Shown: positions 1 through 15,733 of the stretch, in pieces
Layout of the letters: each line of letters opens with the position of its first letter
How positions within the stretch are numbered: the first letter of the stretch is position 1
Assembly (NCBI RefSeq): GCF_009914755.1
Contig: NC_060927.1
Strand: one strand, 5' to 3'
Length of the DNA: 64,000 nucleotides
Origin: the human T2T-CHM13v2.0 reference genome, Homo sapiens
The notes under the pieces: generated by a model
The model's database searches: none
Told to the model about the DNA's origin: nothing
What the model saw: the letters and a program-made list of their open reading frames with translations, nothing else
Program-made: the position numbers and the translations under genes

Positions 1-149
1 GACACTGGGAGAAGGCTGTGGTCAGAGCACAGGGAAAAATGTGCAAAAAAGTAGACAGCAGTTCAAAATGCAGTGTGGAGGTGAGAAAGGCAGAGTCTAA
101 AGGAGCAAGCTTCTTATGCCCTGGAATAGTTGGATTGTTTGATTGTATT

Positions 150-815
<666 letters not shown>

Positions 816-949
816 CAAATTCATCATTTTAAATATTCTTCTGTATCATCAATTTTTAAAATATTTTCCCACAATACTTTTGCTCACCATCCACTTTTTG
901 TACCCCAGACCGTCCATCTGAGATCTTTTTTTTTTCCTTCCTGAACTAT

Positions 950-1162
950 ATTTGTTTTTTGTTTTCTTGAGAGTCCCAGCCTCTGGAGTAGCTGGGACTA
1001 CAGGGAAGTGCCACCATGCCTGGCTAATTTTTTAGGCATTTTTGTAGAGGCAAGGTCTCACTATGTTGCCCAAGCTGGTCTCGAACTCCTGGACTCAAGC
1101 AGTACTCCTACCTCAGCCTCCCATAGTGCTGGGACTACAGGCGTGAGCCACTGTGTCTGGCC
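950..1162 (-). mobile_element. Alu (J-like), partial
   Basis: Alu antisense sequence with a right-arm deletion. Confidence 0.8.
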
Positions 1163-1194
1163 TGAACTATATTCTTTGGAAGTTCATTGAGAAA

Positions 1195-1707
1195 GGGTAT
1201 ATACCTAAAGGATTATAAAACATGCTGCTATAAAGACATATGCACACGTATGTTTATCACGGCACTATTCACAATAGCAAAGACTTGGAACCAACCCAAA
1301 TGTCCAACAACGATAGACTGGATTAAGAAAATGTGGCACATATACAGCATGGAATACTATGCAGCCATAAAAAATGATGAGTTCATGTCCTTTGTAGGGA
1401 CATGAATGAAGCTGGAAACTATCATTCTCAGCAAACTATCGCAAGGACAAAAAACCAAACACAGCATGTTCTTACTCATAGGTGGGAATTGAACAATGAG
1501 AACACATGGACACAGGAAGGGGAACATCACACACCGGGGCCTGTTGTGGGGTGGGGGGAGGGGGAGAGGGATAGCATTAGGAGATATACCTAATGTTAAA
1601 CGACGAGTTAATGGGTGCAGCACACCAACATGGCACATGTATACATATGTAACAAACCTGCATATTGTGCACACGTACCCTAAAACTTAAAGTATAATAA
1701 AAAAAAA
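1195..1707 (+). mobile_element. 5'-truncated primate L1PA (ORF2 C-terminus, 3'UTR, poly(A))
   Basis: Encodes [28 protein letters not shown]; L1 3'UTR with G-rich tract and aataaaaaa tail. Confidence 0.9.
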
Positions 1708-1962
1708 GACTATTTTCACAGTTAAATTGAACCAGGTTTGAAGTGGAGATTATCTGAAATTGTTGTTATTTAACCCACTAATTGAGCAAAACTGTTGGTA
1801 ATGGAATTGTAATTTTACAATTGTTTTCTCCCAAATAATACTAAATAGAGTACTTCCTTGGTGTTTAGATTTCACTGTTGCTCATGAAAAAATATGCAAC
1901 CAGTATGATGGTGTTCCTCCTTAGAGGATTTATCTTTTTATTTCTGGCAGCTTTGCTGATAC

Positions 1963-2248
<286 letters not shown>

Positions 2249-2483
2249 TGATTTTTTAACTTGTCTTTGATACTCTTCACTTTTTTTAAAATTGGGATAT
2301 ATTTAGGTGTGGATTTATTTATCATACTTAGGAGTCATTAAGGTTACTGGGTTTGAGACTTGATGTCTTACCAATTCTGGAAAATTATCAACCATTATTG
2401 CTTTGAATAGGGCTTCTTTCTAATTCTGTTATCTATTTTTGGAACTCCCAAAAGATATCTGTTAGATCTTCCCACATTATCTG

Positions 2484-2843
2484 CATCTTAGTTCAGGCTG
2501 CTATAACAAATTATATAGTCTGGATGGCTTAAATGACAAACATGTATTTGTCATTGTTCTGGCAACTGGAAGTCTGAGATCAGGATGCCATCACGGTTGG
2601 GTTCCGGTGAGGGCCCTCTTTCAGGTTGCAGATTGCCGACTTCTTCTATCTTCACATAGTGGAAGGAGCACTAGAGAACTCTCTCTGGCCCCTCTTATAA
2701 GGGCATTAATATTCATGAGGGCTCCACCCTTATTAACTAATTAGCTCCCACAGATCCACCTGCTAGTACCATTATATTGGGGGTTAGGATTTCAACATAC
2801 GAATTTCGGAGGGGAGGTGAGGAGCAAACATTCAGTCCATAAC
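2484..2843. mobile_element. MaLR LTR (MLT1A-like)
   Basis: tcttagttcaggctgctataacaaa ... cattcagtccataaca, typical MLT1 termini. Confidence 0.7.
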
Positions 2844-2934
2844 ATCCTCCATGTCTTTTAATCTTTTCATATTTCCTACCTCTGTCTTTTCAGGCTGCAT
2901 TTGGGATAGTTTCTTTAGCTCTACCTATCACTAA

Positions 2935-3899
<965 letters not shown>

Positions 3900-4042
3900 A
3901 AGAATTATTTCGTCCTGTATTGAAGGTTTTTTTTTTTTTCTCTCTCTCTCTCTCAAAAAGGATTCCTATGTTGTTCTTCTAGCTGCAGTTGCTTGGGGAT
4001 AGCAATTGGTCAATATGGATAATCTTAAATTCAATTATCTGC

Positions 4043-6510
4043 ATCCTCTCCAGCATTTGTTACTGTTTGTCTTTTTTAATAATAGCCATCTTAACAGGGG
4101 TGAAATGATACTTTATTGTGGTTTTGATTTGCATTTCCCTCATGATGGGTGATGTTGAACATTTTTTTTTCAAATATTTTTTGGCCATTTGCATGTTGTC
4201 TTTTGAGAAATGTTTGTTCAGATTATTTGTCCATTTAAAAATCAGATTGTTTGGGTTTTTTGCTGTTAAAATGTTTGAGTTCCTTATGTATTTGGGATGT
4301 TAATCCCTTGTCAGAGAAGCAGTTTGCAAACATTTTCTCCTATTTTGTACATTTTCTTTTCACTCTCTGTTTGATTTGTTGTGCAGAAAATTTTTTAGTT
4401 AGATATAATCCCATTTGTTTACTTTTGTTTTTGTTGTCTGTGCTTTTAATGTTTCATTCATAAAATCTTTTCCCATACCAATGTCCTGAAATGTCTCCCC
4501 TATGTTTTTTTCTATTAATAATAGTTTTATCATTTAGGTCTTACATTTAAGTCTTTCATCTGTTTTGAGTTGATTTCTAAGGTAAGAGGTGGGGGTCTAG
4601 TTTGATTCTTCTGCATATGGATATCCGGTTTTCCCAGTACCATTTGTTGAAGAGACTGTTCTTTTCCCAGTGATTATTCTTGGCAGCTTTGTCAAAAATC
4701 AGTTGGCTGTGAGTATGTGGATTAATTTCTGGATTCTCTATTCTATTTCAGTAGTCTATATGTCTATTTTTATGCCAGTGTCATGCTGTTTTTGTTACTA
4801 CAGCTTGTAGCATAATTTGAGGTCTGGTAGTTTGGCACCTCCAGCTTTATTCTTTTTTCCTCAGAATTGCTTTGGCTGTTCAGGGTCTTTTCTAGTTCCA
4901 CAAGGAATTTTAGAATTTTTTTTTCTATTTTTGTTAAGAATGTCATTGGTATTTTAATAAGAATTGCATTGAATCTGTAGGTTACTTTGGGTAGTATTGT
5001 CATTTGAACAATATTAATACTTCCAATCCATAAGCATGGGATGTTTTTTCATTCGTTTGTACCCTCTAATTTTTTTCATCATTGTTTTATAGCTTTCCCT
5101 ATAGAGGGCTATTATTCCCTTGGTTAAATTTATTCCTAGGCATTTATCTTATTTTTTATAGCTAAATGGGGTTGCCTTCTTGATTTCTTTTCAGCTAGCT
5201 CACCGTTCATGAATAGAAATGCTACTGATTTTTGTATATTAACTTTGTATCCTACAAGTTTACCAAATTCCTCTATTAGTTTTAACAGTTTTTTGGTAGA
5301 GTCTTTAGGTTTTCTGTATATATAAGATTATGTCATCTGCTAACAGGACAATTTGATGCCCTCCTTTCCAATTGCATGCCCTTTATTTCTTCCTCTTGCC
5401 TAATTACTCCACCTGGGACATCCAGTACTATGTTGAGTAAGAGTGGTAAGGCTGAGAATCCTTGTTTTTGTATCAGTTCTTAGAGGAAAAGATTTGAGCT
5501 TTTCCCCATTCAGTAAGATGTTAGCTATGGGTTTTTTTTATGTAGCCATTATTACATTAAAGTTATTTCCTTCTATACCCAATTTATTAAAAGTTTTTAT
5601 CATGCAGGGATGTTGAAGTTTTCATCAAAAGCTTTTTCTGCATCTATTTTGATGATCATGGTTTTTGTCCTTCATTCTGTTGAAGTGATATATGGCATTT
5701 ATTAATTTGCAAATGTTGAACCATTCTTGCATTTTTATATAAATCCCACTTCATTATGTTGTATTATCTTTTTGATGTGTTGCCAGATTTGGCTTGCTAA
5801 TAGTTATGTGGAAGATTTTTGTGTCTATGTTCATGAAGGATATTGGCCTTCACTCTTTTGTGTGCCCTTGTCTGGTTTGGTATCAGAGTTATGCTGGCCT
5901 TGTAGAATGAGTTAGAATGAGTTAGAAAACATTGCCTGTGCTTCAATTTTTTTGGAATGGTTTGAGGATAATTTGTATTCATTGTTTTTTAAATGTTCAC
6001 TAAAATTCAGTGGTGAAGCCATCCAGTCCTGGACTTTTCTTTGTTGGAAGATTTTTTCTTTTCTAACAGATTCAATCTCATTACTTACGATTGGGCTGTA
6101 GAAGTTTTCTGTTTCTTCTTGGTTCAATCTTGATAGGTTTTATTTGTCCAGGAATTTAGTCATTTCCTCTACATTTTCAAATTCATTAGTGTATAGTTGT
6201 TCACAATAGTCTCTAATGATCCTTTTTATTTATCTGGTATCTGCTTGTGACTTCTTTTTCATTTATGATTTTATTTATTTAGGTCTTCTCTTTTTTTCTA
6301 AGTTAGTCTAGCTAATGGTTTATTAATTTTGTTTAACTTTTCCAGGAACAAGCTTTTTGTTTCATTGATCTTCTCTATTATTTTTTAGTCCCAATTTTAT
6401 TTATTTCTGTTCTAATCTTTATTATTTATTTCCTCCTACGAGTTTTGGGTTTTGTTTGTTATTGCTTCTCTAGTCCCTTAACGTGCATTGTTAGGTGCAT
6501 TTATTTAAAA
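4043..6510 (-). mobile_element. Degenerate L1M ORF2 fragment
   Basis: Minus-strand ORF pieces match L1 ORF2 ([20 protein letters not shown]; NSFYKASITLIP; NQEETENFYSPI). Confidence 0.9.
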
Positions 6511-6834
6511 ATGGTTCATGCTGTTTTTATTAGGGGTTATTGTTTGGAAAATTAAGTCTTCTCTCTCAAAAAATGAAGGTTTTTGCCTTTTTTTTTTTTT
6601 TGAAATCCTTGCAAAATGGTTTGGCTGTGTCCCCACCAAAATTTCATCTTACAACAAACAGAACTTGAGGGGAAAAAAAGTTGTATGAGCTGAAAATGAA
6701 TTGAAGGAGAGTGTTACTATTTCATGCCCTTTAAAAAGGGAGAGAAAACTGAAAACAGCAAGACGCAATAAAAGTTGAACTTTGGGTTAAAAAAATTAAA
6801 ATCTCTTATAATTTATTAAGAGTAAAACAATCCT

Positions 6835-7125
6835 GGCCGGACGCAGTGGCTCATGTCTGTAATCCCAGCACTTTGGGTGGCCAAGGTGAGTGGATCACGA
6901 GGTCAGGAGTTCAAGACCAGCCTGGCCAAGATGGTGAAACCCCGTCTCTACTAAAAATATGAAAATTAGCCAGATGCAGTGGCAGACGCCTGTAATCCCA
7001 GCTACTCAGGCAGCTGAGACATGAGAATCACTTCAACCCGGGGGATGGAGGTTGCAATGAGCCAAGATCACACCACTGCACTCCAGCCTGGGCGACAGAG
7101 TAAGACTCCATCTCAAAAAAATGAA
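6835..7125 (+). mobile_element. Alu
   Basis: Alu consensus; TSD aagagtaaaacaatcct. Confidence 0.9.
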
Positions 7126-8772
7126 AATAAGAGTAAAACAATCCTGTAAGAGAATTTCATTGTTCTAATCAATTATTTAGTGTACAAGTGTTTTTTTTTT
7201 TTACATCAAGCCCAATCTCTAGAAAGACCATTATAATTTCCCTTTAATTACAGACAACTTGATCATTATATTTGATTGTATACAGCTTGTTTTGTTTTTT
7301 TTAATCCTCCTATTGTGACTGACACAGACCATTCATGACATGCTTGGACTTTCTGGTTTGTCCTGAACATCCCTCTTTCTTAAACAATCATTTTATTCAA
7401 GGACTAAATTTACCATACAAGATTCTTTCTCATATAAAATTATTTTTCCTTAAGCTTTCTTACCAAAAAAATACCTCTTTATAACTTTCTTTACATCTCT
7501 GTTATTTCCTGGTTCCTTTTGCCTTGTTTTATGTATAACAAAGTTATTTAAAAATAAGCTTTGAATTAGGCAAAAATTCTTCACCTTGTTAAAAAGGACA
7601 CACTTTTTTTGTTTTTAGAAAGTTTTTCTACAGTATGTTTTTATTGGAAAATACCCAAATAATGAAATATCTGTTATTTAACATCACATTAGATTCTAAA
7701 TTATGATATGTGTGTCTGCAAGTATTTATCCCATTACATTTACCTAATTATTTTAACCATTTTACCTAGATATTTTATGAAAACTGCACTAGTCATCATT
7801 TAAAGTTATGGAACCACCATTGCAAAATTATAGCTGAGACAGTGAAAAAGATCTGATCTAACTGACTCCATCTTGTTTCTAACCTCCAAGCTGTCCTTGT
7901 TCATTCCTGGGCACAGGCCAAACTAACTTTTGGAATAACTTAATTTATAGTTTAGCTTTGAAACAAAGATGATAACTGTCCTTTGCCAATACAAACCTTA
8001 CTGCCTGTGGCCAGACTGCCTAAAGCCACAAGATTAGAAGTTATGCTAATCTTACTGAATTCAAGATGTAGCTATTTTCATTAAACCAATATCAATGTCT
8101 TATTTATTTAAAATTACACAAGCAAAGATCATTCTATTTTGGACCAAGTTTACAGTTTTGTAACCCCTATCCCAAATTTTGACACCTTATAGTCAAATTT
8201 GGCAGGGATAAGTATAAAATTGCTTGATTGATAAATGTAAACAAAAGGGTATACTGGCAAATCTTAAGACATTTCTAATATTACTTTACCAATAATTTTA
8301 AAGCTAGCTTATTTATTAAAGATTTTACTTAAGTTACATGAACTTGAAAGAGCATTTAACTTGTCTTCTCTTTTTTCCTGATAAAGTATTTCATTCAAGT
8401 GCTTTTATTTTCTTATGCCAATTAATTAGAGCTCTTACATATATTTTCAGTAGTGAAACATTGTGTACACAACACATAAAACATAGATGTATTAGGTATG
8501 CCAGTAGAAGTACATCTTATAAATTCATAAAGACCCTTATTTTTCATACCTTAGACTTTCAAATTCTTGATAACCTATTTCACCACCCTAGACAGTTGTC
8601 AGCTAAATAGCCCTACATTTGCATATTAAAGGAAACAACTCAGGTGAAAATCAAATAGCAAAATTTATATCATGAGGTACAGACAGAAAAAGTCTGGTGT
8701 GCTAGAGGGAAATTAAAATGGGTTTAATTGCCAATTAAACATAAAATTATAGAAATTATGAAGGCCTTTTAA

Positions 8773-8774
<2 letters not shown>

Positions 8775-8814
<40 letters not shown>
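8775..8814 (+). repeat. (AC)20 microsatellite
   Basis: Perfect AC run. Confidence 0.95.
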
Positions 8815-8817
<3 letters not shown>

Positions 8818-9070
8818 GACCCTAAAGCATTTACTTCTGAACTTTAGCCATGAGATAAATAGAAATTCACCAGTTTGTGAATAAAAAAACTTGTTAGATC
8901 CAAACAGTGATTTTAATCTTTGTAGAAAAATAACAGCAGATTTTAAGCATGCGGAAAAGAAAGTAGAAAAAAAGAGAACTTAGGAACTCTACAGTTTGCA
9001 GGTCAACCTTAGGGCTCTTTTTCCTTAATGTAAATGTTCACAAATACCATATTACTTCCATTTTATGTAA

Positions 9071-10244
<1,174 letters not shown>

Positions 10245-10308
10245 GCCTTTTTTTAAATCAATTTTTGTTGGGGATTTCCCTGTAGGGCCACTGCATGTTG
10301 TGAGGGGC

Positions 10309-10737
10309 TGCCGCAGACCCTGGTGGACTAAACAAAGGAGGATGAATGCAGGAATAAAGACAAAGACAAAAGTGTATCTTTGGAAGAAGGGGTCAGGGGG
10401 TTCCTTGCTTCTAGTGAACAAGGGCCCTGAGCTTCTAGAGCCCTTCGTATTTATTGAGTAAAAGAGATAGGGAGAAGGGGGTGGTTGTCAGTCAGCTGCT
10501 TGACTTAGGGCAGGCCTGCATGACTGCATTCTTTGAACAGTAGGCCCCAGATGTCCCAGTAGATAACCTCAAGGAGCATGGTGCCAGGGAGTGATTGCCC
10601 TCAGCATACCTTCTGGCAGCAGGTGCAGATGTGTTTGCCCACATCCTGCATTCATGATAAACAGTTTGCTGTTTGATCATACAGCCTCCAGTGGAATGCT
10701 GAGTTGGTCACAACCCTCAGGCTTTCAGCTCCCAACA
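10309..10737 (-). mobile_element. Class II (HERV-K-like, LTR3/HML-6-like) solo LTR
   Basis: TG...CA termini and a perfect 6-bp TSD aggggc (10303-10308 / 10738-10743); minus strand begins TGTTGGGAGCTGAAAGCCTGAGGGTTGTGACCAACTCAGC. Confidence 0.75.
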
Positions 10738-12599
10738 AGGGGCCAACCCCCTAGATACTCCCAGGAGGCCCCCAGTCACCCAGGGGTGCCTTTTGGCTGG
10801 GAGGAGCAAAATGCCCTTTCTCTTCAGAGCTGAGAAAACTCAGCGTCTTGTTTACCTGTGAATTGAACAATAGTTCAGTTCCTCAGGCAAATGTGCACCA
10901 AGAAGCCAAATCAAGATTAATGTTCAGAGAAAAAGCAATAGAGAAGACCCTTTAGGATGCATCTCTGGACTAGAATTAGGATTGTTAAACAACTTCCTAG
11001 GAGAAAATAAAAAAACAAAAAACAAAAAACAGCCATGACCACTTCCTGTAAACTGTGCTCAACCACCCCAACACTGTAGTTCTTGTCTGCCATTACACAT
11101 GCCTCTCACAGTACAAGGTAATCTCTGGTACCCCCAGAGCCAAAGAGGTCAGGAAAAAAGAGCTTTAGACCTAAGAAGAGTCTGCCCATGATTCTTGACA
11201 CTCCACAAAGAAAACAGAACACACCAAAAGGGGTGAGTGGTGGCTTTGTTCTGAATTCTTTAAAGGAGTTCAAGTCATTAGAAGCCTTCTCTAGATTTTT
11301 TTTGATACTGCAGATGGCAAAGGGGGAAGGAGGTATTGGGTGAAAGAAAAGTAAATTAAAGAACATTTGGTTTTCAAGACAGGAAGCAAACACGGAAACC
11401 AATTGCATCGTATTTTTTGTTTTGTTGTGTTGGGTTTTTTTTCCTCTTGCAGCTGTGAGGAATTTTAGCCAAATTAGAGAGGCTTTGTTACCCATAATCT
11501 GGAATTCTCACTCAGATTTAACCAAGTCAGGTAGAGTTGGACAAATCTGATGAGGGGAAGACCAGAACAGACAACAACCAAAAACTCAACAATATGATCA
11601 CTGAGCACTCTAATGGTAAGGAGAAATTAAGACCGGGTGCTTTTTAAGCTTAGCCAAGTTTAAGTTTAAGTTTTAAGTTTTTAAGTTTAGCCAAGACAAA
11701 ACCCCAATTCAGCTATTTACCTAGGAACGGGTCTCAGGCTGAAGACTGCTTTACCATCCTACAAGCAGGAAAAAACTCAAACTTGTCTTTCTTGTTAGGA
11801 GTAAGCTCAAACTCTGTTAAAGGAGTTACCTGCCTTCCATCATCATGGAAGCAGGAAATCTTGCCTTCCTTGTTGGAAGCAAGTAAAACTCCAAAAATGG
11901 GAGTTGCACAGCAAAATAAACTTTAGATTTCGACCAAATTTTGGGAGATTAGGGATTCTCTGGAGGGGGTGTTCCCAGACCTCAGCAAATTGTCCTATTG
12001 GTTTGAGCCATAAAATTAGCTCATGCTGGTACCAAGCACTGATCAAAGATTTGTCAAAGATCTGTTGGATATAAAATGCTCCAGGAATAAATGCTTGGTG
12101 CAGCAAAGTAAAACCAGCACCCAGGCAAAATTTAGTTCTCTTGGCAAGGCAATTTACTTTTGCAAAAGGGTGCCACTCGCGTCAATCAAGATCGCAAGTG
12201 CACAGAGAACAAAGGAGACGAGAGGGTTTTTATCCTTAATGCAGTCCCTATCTCTGTGTCACTCCCCCATGGGCTGAAGTTGGACTGCACAATCTGAGCT
12301 GACCCAATTGGCTACTTGTATATATTTTCCTAAATATAGAAGGGGAGGGGGACATGAGGTACAGAGGTGGAGCGGGTGAGACATGCAGTTTCAGGGGAAC
12401 AGTGGATACAGGTAACCAAAAGAACAGATGTGAGTTATTGATTAGAGCTGATGGGAAGTGGGTAGGCTGTTTACGGTAACTAGGGGCAAGGAAGAACAAG
12501 AGAGTTGAGTTTGAGAACAAAGGATAACGAAGTTAACAGGCTAAACCCTTTGAAGAGAAACTCAAAGATTTACTGTATCTTACAATTCCTCCCTTTTAA

Positions 12600-14530
12600 T
12601 TTTCTTACGGTTCTTTCTCTTCAAAGTTTTATAACATGTCTTGGCTTTGCTGTTTGATTTTATCTTCTAAAAGGAAAAGCTTACTTGAATAAGGTGGAGG
12701 AGAACTAAGGGAGGCTTTAGTAAGTGCTGTTTGTACAATTCTTTGTATTAGCCCATGGATGCATGGTATGACACAACACCTAACGAGAATGAGTATGCCT
12801 ATTATGACTGCAAGGGAAATAAGGATTGAGACCATGATTCCTTTCTATTTACTGAACTACTTTCCTAGCCATCCTGAAATGGGGTCATTGACTCCAGAAT
12901 TTTTAGCTAATTCATTGGATAAAGCAGTACGTCTCTCCAAGGCCTTTGTTATGCTCCCATCAGGGGCAGTGTTGTTTGGGATGAAGATACAACATTGGGT
13001 TTTAATCATCACACAAACTCCACCTTTTTTTGGCTAATAACATGTCTAGAGCTATTCTGTTTTCCTAAGCCATTTGGCTAGTAGGCCTTAATTGGTCAGC
13101 TATTCCTTTGACAGCATCCCTGGTGTAATTAATAAACTGCTGCTGATTATAATAGATGTAATTTATCCAAGCTACATGTTTATTAATAGTTACTCATGGA
13201 AATATGGATTCAAATCCTGCAGCTATTTGGTCTCGGGCTTTGAAACTGTCAGACACTCCTGGGGGACTCCAATGGCATCTGTGTAAACTTGAGAGTCAAA
13301 AGACCCATAAGGGGCTTCTCTTATTTTTTGGTGTTGTGGTTTTTCTTTTTCTGGTTGATGAAATGCCAGGGTGAAAGGGATAGCCAATTGGACAAGAGCA
13401 CAAGTGCTGCTCCAGTTACTTGGCAGAGTATTCAGTAAGGGTCCACTGCAATACCACCATACATATGCTTGAGGATGACTAAGGGGAGACTGATGGGTAA
13501 GCTCTTGGAAGGGCTTAAGCTCACTGCATCCTATTAAGCAAATTTTCCCCCTGTTGTGAGAGACATGAGGTGAAATCGATGTTGGGAAACGGAAGCTGGA
13601 TGGCCCTCAAGGGCTGACCTGCAGGGTGTTGGACTTCAGGATATAGCAGAGAGAGAGCTTGACACGATTTGTTGCCCCAGGCTGTGGAATCCTGGAAAAG
13701 AGCTACTATACAGCCTATGCCTGGTTGATTGAAGGACCATCCTAGTGGAAGGGGGACAATCTGTGCCTCTGGGCTGCTGTATGCACAAACATAACAATTG
13801 CTTTTGTTTAATGTGCAGAAGGAATATTGAATCCATTCCAACCAGGCATTTACATCTTGATATCCTGTCTCAATTGTTAGGGTTTGTCTTAAATCTTTTA
13901 CTTCTAAAATATTTACTTTGACATTGTTAGGTAGGGTAGAAGGTTCGGATGGAGAAGAAGAAGAGGGGTCAATAAAGCATGTTTTAAAGAAGCCTATATG
14001 GTCACATCCATTGGCCTCTGCTCCTAAGCCGTACAAGTGTTCTAAAGGGGTCGCAGGGTTGGTGGAGGTAGGGGCATTAATAGAGATCGTTACTGGGTTA
14101 CAATGGTCAAGTTGACAATTAGAGGGGGTGGTTCCTTTGGTAAGGCGGAGGTAAGATTTTAGGTCAGTACAGCCTTATGGGAAGGTCCTGCCGTGTGCTC
14201 TGGTAGTTAGGATGACATCTGCACATTGAGAACATATCTCTTAACTTAGAGTGCCTTGGTACCCCTGCCATGAGCAAGGTGGAGGGTCAATGGCTTCTCT
14301 GAAGGAGCAGAGGTATTTTTCTTAAGTAGAGACATATCTTTGCCAGTATTCATCCTTTTGACAAGGCATGCCAAGGCAAGCATCAAAAGTAATGATTTAG
14401 GGTGAGTCTGGCCTAGTTACATTGATAACAAGGTCAGCAATATAATGAGGAAAGAAGAAAGGGTAGTAGACTAGATAAAAGAGAGTTAAAGTTTTCTTAA
14501 CCTTAGTTTGAGGAGGTTTTTCTCTTGGAT
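12600..14530 (-). pseudogene. Retroviral env remnant (SU-TM)
   Basis: LEVKDLRQTLTIETGYQDVNAWLEWIQYS...CYVC in SU; TM immunosuppressive domain and CX6CC (QMA*ENRIALDMLLAKKGGVCVMIKTQCC); TM anchor; stops and frameshifts. Confidence 0.85.
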
Positions 14531-14599
14531 AATGACCCATGACTTCAGGGATGGTGGTGCTTTCTCGACTTGGGTATGATGGGTCCATCTTTTCTTGCT

Positions 14600-15566
14600 A
14601 TTTGGACTATGGTTTCAGTGGTTAGAAGCACTAGGCCGGCTCCTCAGGCTGGTGTCAATGTACTGGAAACTCTAGGGGTGATGCCTGTACTGGAAAATTG
14701 TGAGTTCTGAAGGAAGAGAAAGTGGAAGATAAAGCAAGTATTCAGGAATGTTGGATTGCTTTGAGAGGCAGTTTGGATTCTTACTAGGGTAATAGGAAGT
14801 CAGAAGACATTTGATTTTTGGCAACAAAGTCTCTAGACTTGTTTGGCTAAGGGTGTAAATTCCTATACAGGTATAAACTTTGACCGTGCTATACATGGCT
14901 TGGGGTCTTTAATGGATCCTCTGATGTAGGTGGGATAGGACTGCCTTTATAAAAGGTTTGAATAACATTTCTCTGAGTTCCCTTTAGCACCTACAGGAGA
15001 AATGGCAGCTGGTCCAGCTTATCTGATTTGCTAGGTTATTTTCTTGACTCTTGAAAGACAGGCTTTTTGGTGCCTGGGGACATGGACAATAGCTATTTTT
15101 TCTTTTCTGGTAACTGAAGGCTATTCAACACTTGGGTGATTAACTCCTCATGAACAAGGCTTTGACTTTTACTATTCATTCAGTCTGAATTTTTCTAAAT
15201 TTATGAGCCACTGTAAAGGCGTATTTAGAATTAGTATAGATGGTTCTCTCCTGATCTTGCAGATACTTTAAAGCTTGACTAAGTGCAGACAGCTTATAAA
15301 TTTGGATAGACTACTTATTAAAACACTTTGATTTTATCTCTCTAGGAACTTTTATTAATCACTGAACACTTGTTGTGTTCTTTTTCCCTTAATCACTTTT
15401 GAGGGGGGTTTCTTTTAAGTTCTACTGGATGTTTGTATGGTAATCAGTTAAATCTAAACATGTGTGCTTTTAGATTTGGCTCTCTCGTTAAGAAACTTGC
15501 TAGGTTAAGCGAATTATCAGTAGTTAATGTTAAACCATCCTTTTTAACAGAATAGCCTCATACTTA
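14600..15566 (-). pseudogene. Retroviral pol remnant (tether/RNase H and integrase pieces only)
   Basis: KYEAILL..LTLTTDNSLN..HTCLDL (tether); IAIVHVP (RNase H); IN fragments LHQRIH..PQAM..GIYTL and PLEFPVH. Confidence 0.7.
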
Positions 15567-15569
15567 TAC

Positions 15570-15733
15570 ACATATAATTCTTTTCTGGTGGCACATTTTA
15601 ATATAAAACATAAATATTAATATATAATATATATAAAATAAAACAATATATAATATAAATACATAATATACAACTTAATATAAAACTTAATATATATAAT
15701 ATATAAAATATAAAACTTAATATATAATAGAAA
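15570..15733. repeat. AT-rich low-complexity tract with repeated aacttaatat units
   Basis: Nearly pure A/T; lies between two copies of ttctttt(t)ctggtgg (15578 and 15751). Confidence 0.85.

Noticed and set aside
7810-8060. LTR8-like segment as an independent insertion
   Set aside because: No 3' terminus or TSD; such fragments are, as I recall, embedded in MER4-group internal consensus sequences.
11640-11695. Short aagttt(t) tandem array
   Set aside because: Simple slippage repeat with no unique spacers; not CRISPR-like and no sign of function.
13521-14036. 171-aa env ORF as a domesticated syncytin-like gene
   Set aside because: It covers only part of SU; the rest of env has frameshifts and stops, including in the TM immunosuppressive region.
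15596-15733. A-rich tract as the poly(A) tail of an RFK processed pseudogene
   Set aside because: It is A-rich on the + strand, the wrong strand for RFK, and no 3'UTR or TSD is present.
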